In this document: one piece after another, positions 9,806 through 19,263 of the stretch
Numbering within the stretch: position 1 is the first letter of the stretch
How the letters are laid out: the number at the start of each line of letters is the position of its first letter
Source: an uncultured Acidobacteriota bacterium
Lineage (GTDB): Bacteria > Acidobacteriota > Vicinamibacteria > Vicinamibacterales > 2-12-FULL-66-21
NCBI GenBank assembly: GCA_963820905.1
Contig: CAWGBU010000008.1
Coordinates: 467,543-531,542 of the forward strand
DNA length: 64,000 nucleotides
Direction: 5' to 3'
The notes under the pieces: model-generated
What the model was told of the DNA's origin: nothing
The model's database searches: none
What the model saw: only the letters and a program-made list of their open reading frames with translations
Program-made: the position numbers and the translations under genes

Positions 9806-10720
9806 CTACTCGGCTGGCAGCGTATACGCCGCCACGATCACGGTGACGTTGTCGCGTCCACCGCGATCGAGGGCGAGCTGCACGAGCTGCGCACACGCGT
9901 CGTGCGACGTGCCCGCTCCCGCCAGCGTGTGTGCGATCGTGTCGTCGTCGACGAGATCGGTCAGCCCGTCGCTGCAGAGCAGCACGCGATCGCCGTCCTC
10001 GAGGCGGCACAGATCGACGTCGACATCGACGTGTTCCGTGGAGCCGCCGAGCGCGTTCGTGAGGATGTGGCGCACGCCGGAGCTGGCCGCTTCGCTGGCG
10101 TCGAGCCGCCCGCAGTCGACGAGCATCTGCGCGTAGGTGTGATCCTTCGTGAGGCGGTGAAGGCCGCCCGCGCGGAACAAGTACGCGCGCGAATCGCCGA
10201 CGTGGGCGATCAGCAGATCGCGGCCGAGGCTCCGGGCGCCCGTCAAGGTCGACCCCATCCCGCTCAACGCGGAGTCTTCCTGGCCCTTCCTGAAGAGCGT
10301 CGCGCCGGCCTGCTGCACGGCCTCGCGCGCGCGCTGCTCGAGCGCCTCTGAAGAACTGGAGTCGAGCTTGAGAATCCAGGCGGGGAGCTCCAGCGCGAAG
10401 CCGACGAGCGTGGTGATGGCCATCCGGCTTGCGAGCTCTCCGGCGGCGTGGCCTCCCATGCCGTCCGCGACGATCATCACGTAGTTCACTTCTTCGGCTC
10501 GTTCCGGCACGTCGCCGGGCGGCAGGCTCGAGAGCATCGTCTCGAGCGCGCGCGACACCCGCGTGACGAAGAACTGATCCTCGTTGTTCTCGCGCAGGTG
10601 GCCCGTGTGCGTCAAGGCGCTCACATCGACCTGCACGAGCGACGAGAAGGGCCGGAATAGCGGAATGTCGGCGCCGGCTGGTTTACGGGTGTCGGTCGGA
10701 CGCGTGGAGGGATCGGCCAT
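9806..10720 (-). CDS. PP2C-family Ser/Thr protein phosphatase
   Basis: Motifs 'NNEDQFFV', 'VADGMGGHAAGE', 'LLCSDGLTD' and 'GGRDNVTVIV' are present. Confidence 0.85.
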   Translation of the reverse strand: MADPSTRPTDTRKPAGADIPLFRPFSSLVQVDVSALTHTGHLRENNEDQFFVTRVSRALETMLSSLPPGDVPERAEEVNYVMIVADGMGGHAAGELASRMAITTLVGFALELPAWILKLDSSSSEALEQRAREAVQQAGATLFRKGQEDSALSGMGSTLTGARSLGRDLLIAHVGDSRAYLFRAGGLHRLTKDHTYAQMLVDCGRLDASEAASSGVRHILTNALGGSTEHVDVDVDLCRLEDGDRVLLCSDGLTDLVDDDTIAHTLAGAGTSHDACAQLVQLALDRGGRDNVTVIVAAYTLPAE

Positions 10721-10787
10721 GACCCCACGATATTTTCAAATGGGGCGCGATTCAAGCATTGCGTGGCGAACGGCTCGCCGCCGGCGA

Positions 10788-11189
10788 TCAGAGCTGGCGG
10801 TGAATCGCGTGCGCGACGGCTTCCAGCAGCACCCTGTCGTCTGCAGGCTTGTGGACGCAGAGCCGTCCGGTCTGGCGGGCGATCAGCGCGCGCTTCGCGT
10901 CAGTGCAGCCGGTGAAGAACACGACGGGCGTGCGAGCGTCGGCCGCTCGCAGGCGCTGTTCCAGCTCGAGCCCTGAAAGGCCGGGCAACTGGACGTCGAG
11001 GACCACGCAGTCCTGGCGCCTGGTTTGCGCAAGAAACTCTTCGGCGCTCTCGAACAAGACGACCTTGTAGCCCGCGACGGTGAGAATCCTTCCAACGGCT
11101 TTGCGGACACTCGGGTCGTCTTCGACGACGGCGATCTCGTACGTGGAGGGTTTCGAATACGCAGCGACTATCTGATTCAGCATCGGCAC
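10788..11189 (-). CDS. single-domain response regulator (receiver)
   Basis: 'IAVVEDD', 'VVLDVQLPGLSG' (phospho-acceptor Asp) and 'HKP' are present. Starts are possible at GTG 11189 or ATG 11183. Confidence 0.8.
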   Translation of the reverse strand: MPMLNQIVAAYSKPSTYEIAVVEDDPSVRKAVGRILTVAGYKVVLFESAEEFLAQTRRQDCVVLDVQLPGLSGLELEQRLRAADARTPVVFFTGCTDAKRALIARQTGRLCVHKPADDRVLLEAVAHAIHRQL

Positions 11190-11360
11190 TCAGTCCTGCC
11201 GTCACCATCGACGGCGAGGAGGAACGTCCAGGGCAGGTTCAGGTCATCGCGTAGTGCGGACGTGCGCGACGGCCAGGAGGCATTCAGCTTGACGGCCTCA
11301 ATTCGAGTCTACGAGAGGTCCGCGAAAGAGTGTGTTGATTGGGATCAAGACGGGGGAGGC

Positions 11361-11456
11361 GCTGGGCTTTGGGCTTTCGGCTGTGGGCCCGGCCGAGGAC
11401 TCAAGAGCTCTTGCCAGAGCCCAAAGCCCAGAGCCCAAAGCCCAGAGCCGAAACCC
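11361..11456. repeat. inverted arrays of tandem heptamers (imperfect long hairpin) around a perfect 12-nt palindrome
   Basis: Left arm 11363-11390 reads tgggctt/tgggctt/tcggctg/tgggccc. Right arm 11419-11453 reads gcccaaa/gcccaga/gcccaaa/gcccaga/gccgaaa. In the best register 24 of 28 positions are complementary. The palindrome caagagctcttg lies at 11402-11413. Confidence 0.8.
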
Positions 11457-11473
11457 TGACAGATTCCAGCCTT

Positions 11474-12175
11474 CTAGATCTTCGAGACGAGCTGGTCAAA
11501 GCGGGTGCGATCGAGGATCCGCACGGTATACCGATCGGGAATCGCGACGAGACGACGGCGCGTGAGCTCGCGGGTTGCGCGGCTGACGGCTTCCAGCGAG
11601 AGGCCGAGGAAGTTCGCGATATCTGACCGCGTCATCGGTACCGCAATGCTGTCCGCACGGGTCCCGTCGCCGACCTGCCGTTGGAGCATGTCGAGAAACG
11701 TCGCGACCTTGCCGATGGCGTCGCGTCTGGTCAAAGCGATCTTCTGACGCTGGATCTCGCGGTACTCCTGCGTCACCTTGATGAGGAACTGGAACTGAAT
11801 GGAGCCGTCTTCCAGGAACGTTTGCTTGAGCGCATCCATGGGAATGCGGTGCAGCGTGACCGGCGTGACGGCCTGGGCGGTGCAGACGAACTTGCCCTTT
11901 TCGGCCAGGCCGAAGATGTCCCCGGAAGTCCAGAACGTGACGATCCGCCGCTTGCCGCTTGGCAGATCCCGGTAGATCTTGACGATGCCGGAACCGCCGA
12001 TGAAGATGTGCCCGGCCGGGGCGCCCTCGCGGTAGACGATTCCGCGCGGGCGAATCTCCAGGACGGTTGCCAGGGCCCTGAGCTGTTCGCGCTGCGCGTC
12101 CGTGAGAAGCGGCGCGGGGCCAGCGTCCCCGAGGGCTAAACCGTTGATGGCTCGCAATGACAGTGACGGGTCCAC
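11474..12175 (-). CDS. Crp/Fnr-family transcriptional regulator
   Basis: A cNMP-binding-type beta-roll ('GDIFGLAEKG') is followed by a C-terminal HTH ('RSDIANFLGLSLEAVSRATREL'). Confidence 0.85.
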   Translation of the reverse strand: MDPSLSLRAINGLALGDAGPAPLLTDAQREQLRALATVLEIRPRGIVYREGAPAGHIFIGGSGIVKIYRDLPSGKRRIVTFWTSGDIFGLAEKGKFVCTAQAVTPVTLHRIPMDALKQTFLEDGSIQFQFLIKVTQEYREIQRQKIALTRRDAIGKVATFLDMLQRQVGDGTRADSIAVPMTRSDIANFLGLSLEAVSRATRELTRRRLVAIPDRYTVRILDRTRFDQLVSKI

Positions 12176-12376
12176 GGCAGCCTCCCTATCTTTTCGCCTT
12201 GATACCGATTGTAACCACTTCGACCCGGGGTGTGTGTGGACGTCCGTTTTTCCCTGGGGCGGGATTACAATCGACCCTTCCGGTCACGCCGCTCGATCCG
12301 GCCACGCCCGCGGGTGGCGGTCATTTCGTTGCGGAAACGGTCTGTGAACGTCACGCGCTCCTGCGAGGGTCTTTTC

Positions 12377-13906
12377 ATGCGACGAGCACGCACGCTGTCT
12401 GCCCTGGTCGTTGGCTTGGTCGCCTTCGGAGCCGTGACCGGCCTTGCGCGCCATGCCGGCGAAGCGGACGCGATGCTGGCCCGGAGTACCCCCGAGGCGC
12501 AAGGCATCTCGTCGAACTCAATCCTCGGCTTCATCGAGGAAGCGGAGCAGAAGATCGACGCGCTCCACTCGTTCATGCTCGTTCGGCACGGTCAGGTGGT
12601 CGCAGAGGGCTGGTGGGAGCCATACGCAGCGAACGAGCGCCACGCGCTCTATTCGCTCAGCAAGAGTTTCACGTCGACCGCCGTCGGGCTCGCGATAGCG
12701 GACGGCAAGCTCAGCGTGGACGACCCGGTGCTGCGGTTCTTTCCGGAGGACGCGCCCTCCGATCCATCGGCGAACCTCCGGGCGATGCGCGTCCGGGATC
12801 TGCTGACGATGTCGACCGGTCATCACGACGAGGACGTCCGGAACTTCCCCTACACGTCCGACGAGAGCGTCGTGAAGAATTTTCTCGCCCGGCCGGTGTC
12901 GCACAAGCCAGGCACGTTCTTCTTCTACAACACGCCGGCGAGCTACATGCTGTCGGCCATCGTGCAGAAGGTCACGGGGCAGCCGGTGCTCGAGTACCTC
13001 CGGCCGCGGCTGTTCGAGCCGCTCGGCATCGCGGAGCCGACATGGGATGCGAGCAAGCAGGGGGTTTCCCTCGGCGGCTTCGGGCTGAGCGTGCGGACGG
13101 AGGATATCGCGGGCTTCGGGCAGCTGTATCTGCAGAAGGGCGAGTGGAAAGGGAAGCAGCTGGTGCCCGCGGCATGGATCGACGCGGCGACCACGCGTCA
13201 GATGTCCAACGGCAGCTCGCCGTCGAGCGATTGGGAACAGGGCTACGGGTACCAGTTCTGGCGCAGCCGTCATGGCTTCTACCGCGGCGATGGCGCGCAC
13301 GGCCAGTTCTGCCTGATCCTCCCGCAGTACGATGCGGTGGTTGCCATAACCAGCGGGACGCGCGACATGGCGTCGGTCATGAACCTGGTGTGGGATCGCC
13401 TCGTGCCGGCCCTGAAGCCCGCGGCACTGCCTGCCGATGCGAAGTCGCACGCCGCGCTCACGTCGAAGCTGAAGTCGCTTCGCCTGAAATCGATCGCCGG
13501 TGCGGCGCACTCCGCGGCAGAGAAGACCGCGTCAGGGAAGCGATACGTCTTTGCGAGCAACCCGCAGACGATCGAGGCTGTCACGCTCGAGGCGCCGGGG
13601 ACCGGAGACGCCGCGCTCGTCATCCGGATGGCGGGCGTCGATCGCCGCGTCGTGCCTGGATACCAGTCCTGGCGGAAGGGGACGATCGCGACCGCCAGCT
13701 CGACGGAGAAGATTGCGGCCAGCGGCGCATGGACGGCGGACGATACGTATACGGTCGCCGTCGCCCGGTACAACACGCCCTTCGTCACCACTTACCGCCT
13801 GCAGTTCGCGGGCGATCGCGTCGACGTGACCGTCGAGCAGAACGTCGGGGCCGCCGAAACGCGGACGACGCGGCTCGAGGGCAAGCTGGCGGCCGGGGCT
13901 CCCTGA
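12377..13906 (+). CDS. serine hydrolase, beta-lactamase (class C / PBP4*-like) family
   Basis: The ATG at 12377 gives a signal peptide ('MRRARTLSALVVGLVAFGAV'). 'YSLSKSFT' provides the SxxK motif. The protein is about 510 aa. Its stop overlaps the next start (TGATG). Confidence 0.8.
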   Translation: MRRARTLSALVVGLVAFGAVTGLARHAGEADAMLARSTPEAQGISSNSILGFIEEAEQKIDALHSFMLVRHGQVVAEGWWEPYAANERHALYSLSKSFTSTAVGLAIADGKLSVDDPVLRFFPEDAPSDPSANLRAMRVRDLLTMSTGHHDEDVRNFPYTSDESVVKNFLARPVSHKPGTFFFYNTPASYMLSAIVQKVTGQPVLEYLRPRLFEPLGIAEPTWDASKQGVSLGGFGLSVRTEDIAGFGQLYLQKGEWKGKQLVPAAWIDAATTRQMSNGSSPSSDWEQGYGYQFWRSRHGFYRGDGAHGQFCLILPQYDAVVAITSGTRDMASVMNLVWDRLVPALKPAALPADAKSHAALTSKLKSLRLKSIAGAAHSAAEKTASGKRYVFASNPQTIEAVTLEAPGTGDAALVIRMAGVDRRVVPGYQSWRKGTIATASSTEKIAASGAWTADDTYTVAVARYNTPFVTTYRLQFAGDRVDVTVEQNVGAAETRTTRLEGKLAAGAP

Positions 13907-16335
13907 TGGGCGAGCTGGCTCAGAGACTTTCGTACGCGCCCCGGGACGTCGCGTGGCGAGCGGCGCCGAAGCTGCTGCCGGCCGCCGCCCTCGTCGCGGC
14001 GGGGTACTATCTCGGCGCGCTGGTTGGGTTCCGTCTGCGGTTCCCCGCCAGCGGCATCTCGTTCTTCTGGCCGCCGACGGCTGTCCTCACCGCCGCGTTA
14101 TTGCTGACGGCGCCGCGCGCATGGGGGGCGCTGCTGACCGGCGCCTTCGTGGCGCATGCCGTCGCACACTCGCAGAACGGCGTGGCGCTTCTCGCGTGGC
14201 CGCTGCAGTTTCTCGCAAACGCGCTGCAGGCCGTGCTTGCCGCGTACCTGGTCCGCCGGTATTCCAATCCGCTGCGGCCTTTCGCCAACCTCCAGCGTGC
14301 GGGTGCGTTCATCGTCGGGGCAGGCATCGTGGCGCCAGCCCTGGCGTCGGTCGTAGCTGCCTCGTTGTATGTGAGCCTGGGCTGGGCCTCGAGCTTTGCG
14401 AACGCTTGGAGCGCGCGGGCGGTATCGAACGCGATCGCCTCGCTGACGCTCGTGCCGCCGATCGTGATGGTGTGGCCGTATCTCTGGGCGAGGCCGAAGC
14501 TGCCGGCCGGACGGCGCGTCTTCGAGTTCGCGGTGCTGTTTGCCAGCATCCTGGCCGCTCACGCGCTGGTCAGGCAGGTCGGCCGGAACGACTCGATGGG
14601 CCTGACGCTGGCACTTTATGCGCCCGCGCCGTTTCTCCTGTGGGCCACCGTACGGTTCGGTGGCCTCGGCCTGTCCGTGGCGCTGCTGACGACGACCCTG
14701 CTGACGATCTTCAGCGCGCTCCGGGGCGAGGGCGCCTTCGGGAGCGAAACGCCGCTCGAGGCCGTCGTGGGCGTGCAGCTGTTCGTGGCCATCACGGCGG
14801 TGCCGCTGATCCTGATCGCAGGGCTGCTCGAACAGAATCGCGACGAGCACCGCGCACTCGTCGAGATGGAGCACCAGAACAGCGCCACGCTCCGGGCGCT
14901 GCCGGATCTCATCTTCGTGCAGACGCGCGACGGGGTGTATCTCCAGCACTACGCCAGGAATCCTTCCGACCTGCTCGTGCCGCCCGACACGTTCCTCGGG
15001 AGGAACATGCGCGAGATCCTTCCACCGCACATGGTGGAGAAGTTCGCGCCGGCGTTCCAGACGGTCACCGCGGACGAGCCATCCGTCGTCGAGTACTCGC
15101 TGTCGATCAATGGCGATCTGCGCCAGTACGAGGCGCGGTTCATCGGGCTCGACGGGGACCGCGTCCTCTCTGTCGTCCGCGATATCACCGAGCGGCGGCG
15201 ATCCGAGGACGCGCTGCGAGAAGCGCGGCAGCGCTATGCGATGACGACGGCCGCAGGCGGGATCGGCGTGTGGGACATCGACATCGCTACGGGCCAAGCG
15301 ACCGTGGAGGGAGGGTTGGCAGCCCTGCTTGGCTACACGGAGGCCGAGGTCGGAGGCCAACTCGTAGACTGGGAGCGCCTGGTTGCGCCTGCCGACGTCG
15401 ACGAGGTCCGCTCGCGTTTCATGGCGTATACAAGCGGCGCCAGCCCTACTCTGGAAGTCGAGTACCGCGTGATCTGTAAGGACGGTTCCGTCCGATGGAT
15501 CCTGACCAGGGGTGCGCTCGTCGATCGCGTCGAAGGGACGGCCACGCGCGTGACGGGTACGTACACCGACATCACGGCGCGGCGCCATACCGAAGACGCG
15601 CTCAAGCAGGCCAACGACGCGCTGGTGCGGATGGGCAGAGTGAGTGCGCTGGCGGAGCTGAGCGCTTCGATCGCCCACGAGTTGAACCAGCCCCTGACCG
15701 CGATCGCCAGCAACGCGAACGCGTGCATTCGCTGGCTCGCGTCGGCAGCGCCCGACGCGGATCTTCGGGGCGCGTTGAAGGACGTCGTGAGCGACAGCCA
15801 CCGCGCGAGCCAGATCGTCCGGCGCACGAAGGAGATGTTCTCGAACGGATCGGTGCAGAAGTCGAGCGTCGATCTGAACGGCATCATCCGTGACGTGATC
15901 GCGCTCACCGGGACTCGGTTGCGGAAGGGCGGCGTACGCCTGGAGGCGGAGCTCGACGACGACCTGCCGGCCGTGGAAGCGGACGGGGTCCAGATCAAGC
16001 AGGTGGTTCTGAACCTGGTGCTGAACGCCGTCGACGCGATGATCGAGGTCCACGAACGGCCCCGCGTTCTGCGGATCGCGTCCATGTCCCACGAGAAGGG
16101 CGCGCTGGTCACCGTGCGCGACAGCGGATCCGGATTCCGCCCGGGCGACGCGGAGCGCGTGTTCGAGCCGTTCTACACGACCAAGGCGGACGGCATCGGG
16201 ATCGGGCTGGCAGTCAGCCGGTCGATCGTGGATGCGCACGGCGGTTCCCTGTGGGCCGCGTCGAATGCCACGGGAGGCGCCACGTTCCAGTTCACGCTGC
16301 CAGCGAGCGATGTCACCCAACACCAGCACATCTGA
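13906..16335 (+). CDS. sensor histidine kinase: MASE1 membrane domain, two PAS domains, HisKA and HATPase
   Basis: The N-terminus is multi-TM ('GISFFWPPTAVLTAALL'). PAS-like segments include 'DITERRRSEDALRE' and 'DITARRHTEDAL'. The H-box is 'SIAHELNQPLTAI', and the G-boxes are 'DSGSGF' and 'GIGIGL'. Confidence 0.85.
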   Translation: MGELAQRLSYAPRDVAWRAAPKLLPAAALVAAGYYLGALVGFRLRFPASGISFFWPPTAVLTAALLLTAPRAWGALLTGAFVAHAVAHSQNGVALLAWPLQFLANALQAVLAAYLVRRYSNPLRPFANLQRAGAFIVGAGIVAPALASVVAASLYVSLGWASSFANAWSARAVSNAIASLTLVPPIVMVWPYLWARPKLPAGRRVFEFAVLFASILAAHALVRQVGRNDSMGLTLALYAPAPFLLWATVRFGGLGLSVALLTTTLLTIFSALRGEGAFGSETPLEAVVGVQLFVAITAVPLILIAGLLEQNRDEHRALVEMEHQNSATLRALPDLIFVQTRDGVYLQHYARNPSDLLVPPDTFLGRNMREILPPHMVEKFAPAFQTVTADEPSVVEYSLSINGDLRQYEARFIGLDGDRVLSVVRDITERRRSEDALREARQRYAMTTAAGGIGVWDIDIATGQATVEGGLAALLGYTEAEVGGQLVDWERLVAPADVDEVRSRFMAYTSGASPTLEVEYRVICKDGSVRWILTRGALVDRVEGTATRVTGTYTDITARRHTEDALKQANDALVRMGRVSALAELSASIAHELNQPLTAIASNANACIRWLASAAPDADLRGALKDVVSDSHRASQIVRRTKEMFSNGSVQKSSVDLNGIIRDVIALTGTRLRKGGVRLEAELDDDLPAVEADGVQIKQVVLNLVLNAVDAMIEVHERPRVLRIASMSHEKGALVTVRDSGSGFRPGDAERVFEPFYTTKADGIGIGLAVSRSIVDAHGGSLWAASNATGGATFQFTLPASDVTQHQHI

Positions 16336-16587
16336 CGCTGCAGCCCTGGCATACGTGCGAGATCTCGACGACCGGGAGCGGCGCGGCTGACCTGAAGCTC
16401 AGCGACGCTGCTTCGCCTTCGTCACTGGAAAACGCCAGAGTTGGTTGCCGCACCGAAGTTTCCGGACCCCTCTCCCGTACTTTCCACATCTGCTCCCGCG
16501 GCTTCCCCTGATGCAGGCATCGCGAACGGTTGGTACGCTCGATCGCGTAGCGACTGCGCGTCCGCAGTGCTCTGGAGGAGGCCGTCA

Positions 16588-17337
16588 ATGCATGTTGTCG
16601 TACACACACTTCGCTCGTCGATCCTGACTCTCGCGTTCGTCTGCTGCGCAGCCGGCGCTGCGGCACAGCCGGCCGGCCTGTCCCGCTGGAGCTTCGACGC
16701 GGGCGTCGGACTGGACATCAGTGTCAACGGCAACGTGAATTCCGGCGCCATTGGCACCCTCAACGGTCAGGCCGCGGCAATCCTCCCGAACCCGTACGGC
16801 GAGGTGTACGGCACGGGCGTGCAGCTGCGGTTTGGCGTCGGCTATGGCCTGGACGATGAGGCCGAAGTGCGAGCGGCACTGACGTTCCAGTCGGGTGATG
16901 CGGACCTGGTGCGTATGGGCGACATCGGTCCCTCGAGCCTGTACGGGCAGTACTCGGACTACCAGACCCTCGGGCTGGAGTTCGGCTACCGGCGATACAT
17001 ACCGCTGCGGAACACGCAGCTGCGCCTCTTCGGAGAGGGGATGATCGGCATGGGGTTCATCGATGCGATCGACGTCGTGCTGGCGGCGCCCCAGGCGAAC
17101 ATCGTGTTCGACGACACCGATTTCTTCGATCAGACGGCTGCGTTCATGTTTGGTTTCGGCGTGGGCGCGCTGTTTCCCGTTGCGGAGAAGGTGGACGTCA
17201 GCCTCCAGGTGGGCCTCCGGCGGGTGAGCGGTCTTGCCGAAGTGGATCAGCTCGTCGGGACGGGGCTGGAGGAGATCAACAACGACAGCGCGCGCCTGAC
17301 GTTCCCCATCATCGTGGGCGCCCGGTTCCGATTCTGA
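16588..17337 (+). CDS. outer-membrane beta-barrel protein (hypothetical)
   Basis: The ATG at 16588 gives a signal peptide ending 'AAGAAAQ'. The sequence shows alternating beta-strand patterning and ends in 'GARFRF', an aromatic OMP signature. Confidence 0.6.
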   Translation: MHVVVHTLRSSILTLAFVCCAAGAAAQPAGLSRWSFDAGVGLDISVNGNVNSGAIGTLNGQAAAILPNPYGEVYGTGVQLRFGVGYGLDDEAEVRAALTFQSGDADLVRMGDIGPSSLYGQYSDYQTLGLEFGYRRYIPLRNTQLRLFGEGMIGMGFIDAIDVVLAAPQANIVFDDTDFFDQTAAFMFGFGVGALFPVAEKVDVSLQVGLRRVSGLAEVDQLVGTGLEEINNDSARLTFPIIVGARFRF

Positions 17338-17340
17338 TCG

Positions 17341-19140
17341 TTACCTGACCACTTTCCTCAACGTCCGCACGACCCGGCCCGTCGTGCCGTCCTCGAGGCG
17401 AATGATGCCGCGCACCGCGTAGTCGCCCGGCGTCAGCGCCCCGAGCGGCACCGTGCCCGTGGCGACCACCTTTGTCTCGTCGGCGCGCGTCAGCGCGAGG
17501 GGCACCGCGGCTATTGCGGGCCCGTCGAGATCGCGCGACAGTTCGAGCGTCGCCGACAGCCGCTGCCCGGGAGCGCCTCCGTAGATGTCGAAGGACGCCC
17601 TCGCGGTGGGCTCCGATCCGAACTCCAGCTGCAGGACCGTGGTGCCGCCGCGCGAGATGCCGAGCAGCAGCGACCCGAGCGAGAGTCCGCCGACCTGCGT
17701 CAGTCCGACGTCGATGTCCGCTTCCGCAGCGCCGGGCCGTCCGTTCGCGTCGATGGCCGCGGCCCGGACGCGATAGGCGCCAGGCGGAACCGTCATCGCG
17801 CCGAGCAGCGGGCGCTCGGTCGCGTCCCTGGCGTGCCAGTGCGTGGGCACGCGGCCGCTCGCGTCGATCAGAATGGCGCCGGCCGACGTGAGCGTCGCGG
17901 AGGCGTCCACCGGTTCGACCAGCACACCCACGCGCAGCTTGCCGTCCGCGTCACGTACCGTGAAGCCGTCGACACGCAGGCGGAGATCCGTGATGGATTC
18001 GGTGGAGCCGAGGAGATCGCTGATGGTGAGACGCCCCGTTGCCGGACGCATCGTGTCGGTGAGCGTGATCTCGGGACGCACGCGTACGGTCACGCCGCGG
18101 CGCGCGACGCGCACGCCCAGGCGACGGCTGCGGCCGAACACTTCGTCGCGCGCCGGTTCGAGCTCCGCGACGTAGTAGGCCGAGCTTTCCTTCGCGACCC
18201 GAAGCAGCGACTCCGTGCCGGTCGCGTCGAGCGACAGGCGGGCCCCTCCCGTAGCGCCGGCGAGGTGCTCGATGCCTTCGAGCGGGTTGTCGGAGCCGAT
18301 GTCGCCGACGCCGCCAGCCGTCGGCCGCGGCAGCGACGTACCGATCCCGACATCGGCCGGTTGCAGAATGTAGATGTTCGCGCGCGCCGCGCTGGCTGCG
18401 GTAGCGACGTGGCGGAACTGATCGACGAGCAGTTCGCACATGCCCGGCACGCGCGCCATCGGCGCGTCGCGCCGCGGCCCCGCCAGACCGGCCGTGAAGA
18501 GAATCAGCGTTTGAGGCGTGTCCTGCAAGCCGCGCTCCTCGAGCAGCCCTTGGAGCGACTCCAGGAATCGCCGCGTGCGGCAGGCGAGGGCGGATCCGGT
18601 TTCGCCGCGTGACGCCTGGCCCGCGACGCGCCCCACCGCCAGCCGGATGCGCGCGATGTCCGACGTGAACGGCACGACCACGCCGCCGAACGGAAGCGCG
18701 GCAACCATCATGCGATCCCCCGGCGTGAGCCGGACCAGCAGCCCTTCGATCGCGCTCCTGTAGAGCGGCTCGCGTCCCGCGAGGAAGGACTCCTGATCGA
18801 TGACGAGCAAGAAGCGTCGGCCGGCCGCTACGTCGTCGTTGGTGCCGTAGGGCGGCGGCACGCGGGCGGCCGCAATAGCGGCCGCCGGTGCCGCAGCGGC
18901 CGCAACGCGCCGAAGCGATCGCACGGCTCGAACGCGATCGGCGATTCGGATCTCGACTTCGGATGACTTCAGATCGGCGACCGGAGCGCCGCCCGCATCC
19001 AGCGCGATGAAGTCGACAGTCGGCCCGGCCTGACGCTCGGTCGCGATTTGGGAGGTGCGCGCCGCCACGCGATCCAGCGGACCCGCGGCGACAGCCGCGA
19101 GTCCGACGAAGAGGACGGAGGCGCGACGGGGGGAGAGCAT
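17341..19140 (-). CDS. secreted VWA-like protein (resembles the VWFA-related acidobacterial domain family)
   Basis: Signal peptide followed by 'VDFIALDAGGAPVADLKSSEVEIRIADRVR', the typical N-terminal module of that family, then a VWA-like core ('LLVIDQESF...LILFTAG'). Confidence 0.55.
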   Translation of the reverse strand: MLSPRRASVLFVGLAAVAAGPLDRVAARTSQIATERQAGPTVDFIALDAGGAPVADLKSSEVEIRIADRVRAVRSLRRVAAAAAPAAAIAAARVPPPYGTNDDVAAGRRFLLVIDQESFLAGREPLYRSAIEGLLVRLTPGDRMMVAALPFGGVVVPFTSDIARIRLAVGRVAGQASRGETGSALACRTRRFLESLQGLLEERGLQDTPQTLILFTAGLAGPRRDAPMARVPGMCELLVDQFRHVATAASAARANIYILQPADVGIGTSLPRPTAGGVGDIGSDNPLEGIEHLAGATGGARLSLDATGTESLLRVAKESSAYYVAELEPARDEVFGRSRRLGVRVARRGVTVRVRPEITLTDTMRPATGRLTISDLLGSTESITDLRLRVDGFTVRDADGKLRVGVLVEPVDASATLTSAGAILIDASGRVPTHWHARDATERPLLGAMTVPPGAYRVRAAAIDANGRPGAAEADIDVGLTQVGGLSLGSLLLGISRGGTTVLQLEFGSEPTARASFDIYGGAPGQRLSATLELSRDLDGPAIAAVPLALTRADETKVVATGTVPLGALTPGDYAVRGIIRLEDGTTGRVVRTLRKVVR

Positions 19141-19150
19141 GAGAGGGTAT

Positions 19151-19262
19151 CAGCCTCCAGCTTCCAGCCTCCAGCTTCCAGCTCGGAACATTCAGTTCTT
19201 AGTCGAGCGACTATGATCTGAAAGCTCTCAGCTGGAAGCCGGAAGCCGGAAGCCGGAAGCTG
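19151..19262. repeat. inverted arrays of tandem heptamers forming a 33-bp stem with a 46-nt loop
   Basis: Left arm 19151-19183 reads cagcctc/cagcttc/cagcctc/cagcttc/cagct. Right arm 19230-19262 reads agctgga/agccgga/agccgga/agccgga/agctg. There are 28 Watson-Crick pairs plus 5 C-A/A-C mismatches, which become G-U pairs on the minus strand. Confidence 0.9.
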
Positions 19263-19263
19263 A

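Noticed and set aside
14098-16329. 743-aa ORF antisense to the histidine kinase
   Set aside because: The kinase frame has clear H-box, G-box and PAS motifs. The antisense translation is Arg/Pro/Gly-rich with no recognisable domain.
12157-16335. Single 1,392-aa ORF
   Set aside because: The first ~580 codons of this frame are nonsense-like. The real genes are the serine hydrolase in another frame (12377..13906) and the kinase starting at the internal ATG 13906.
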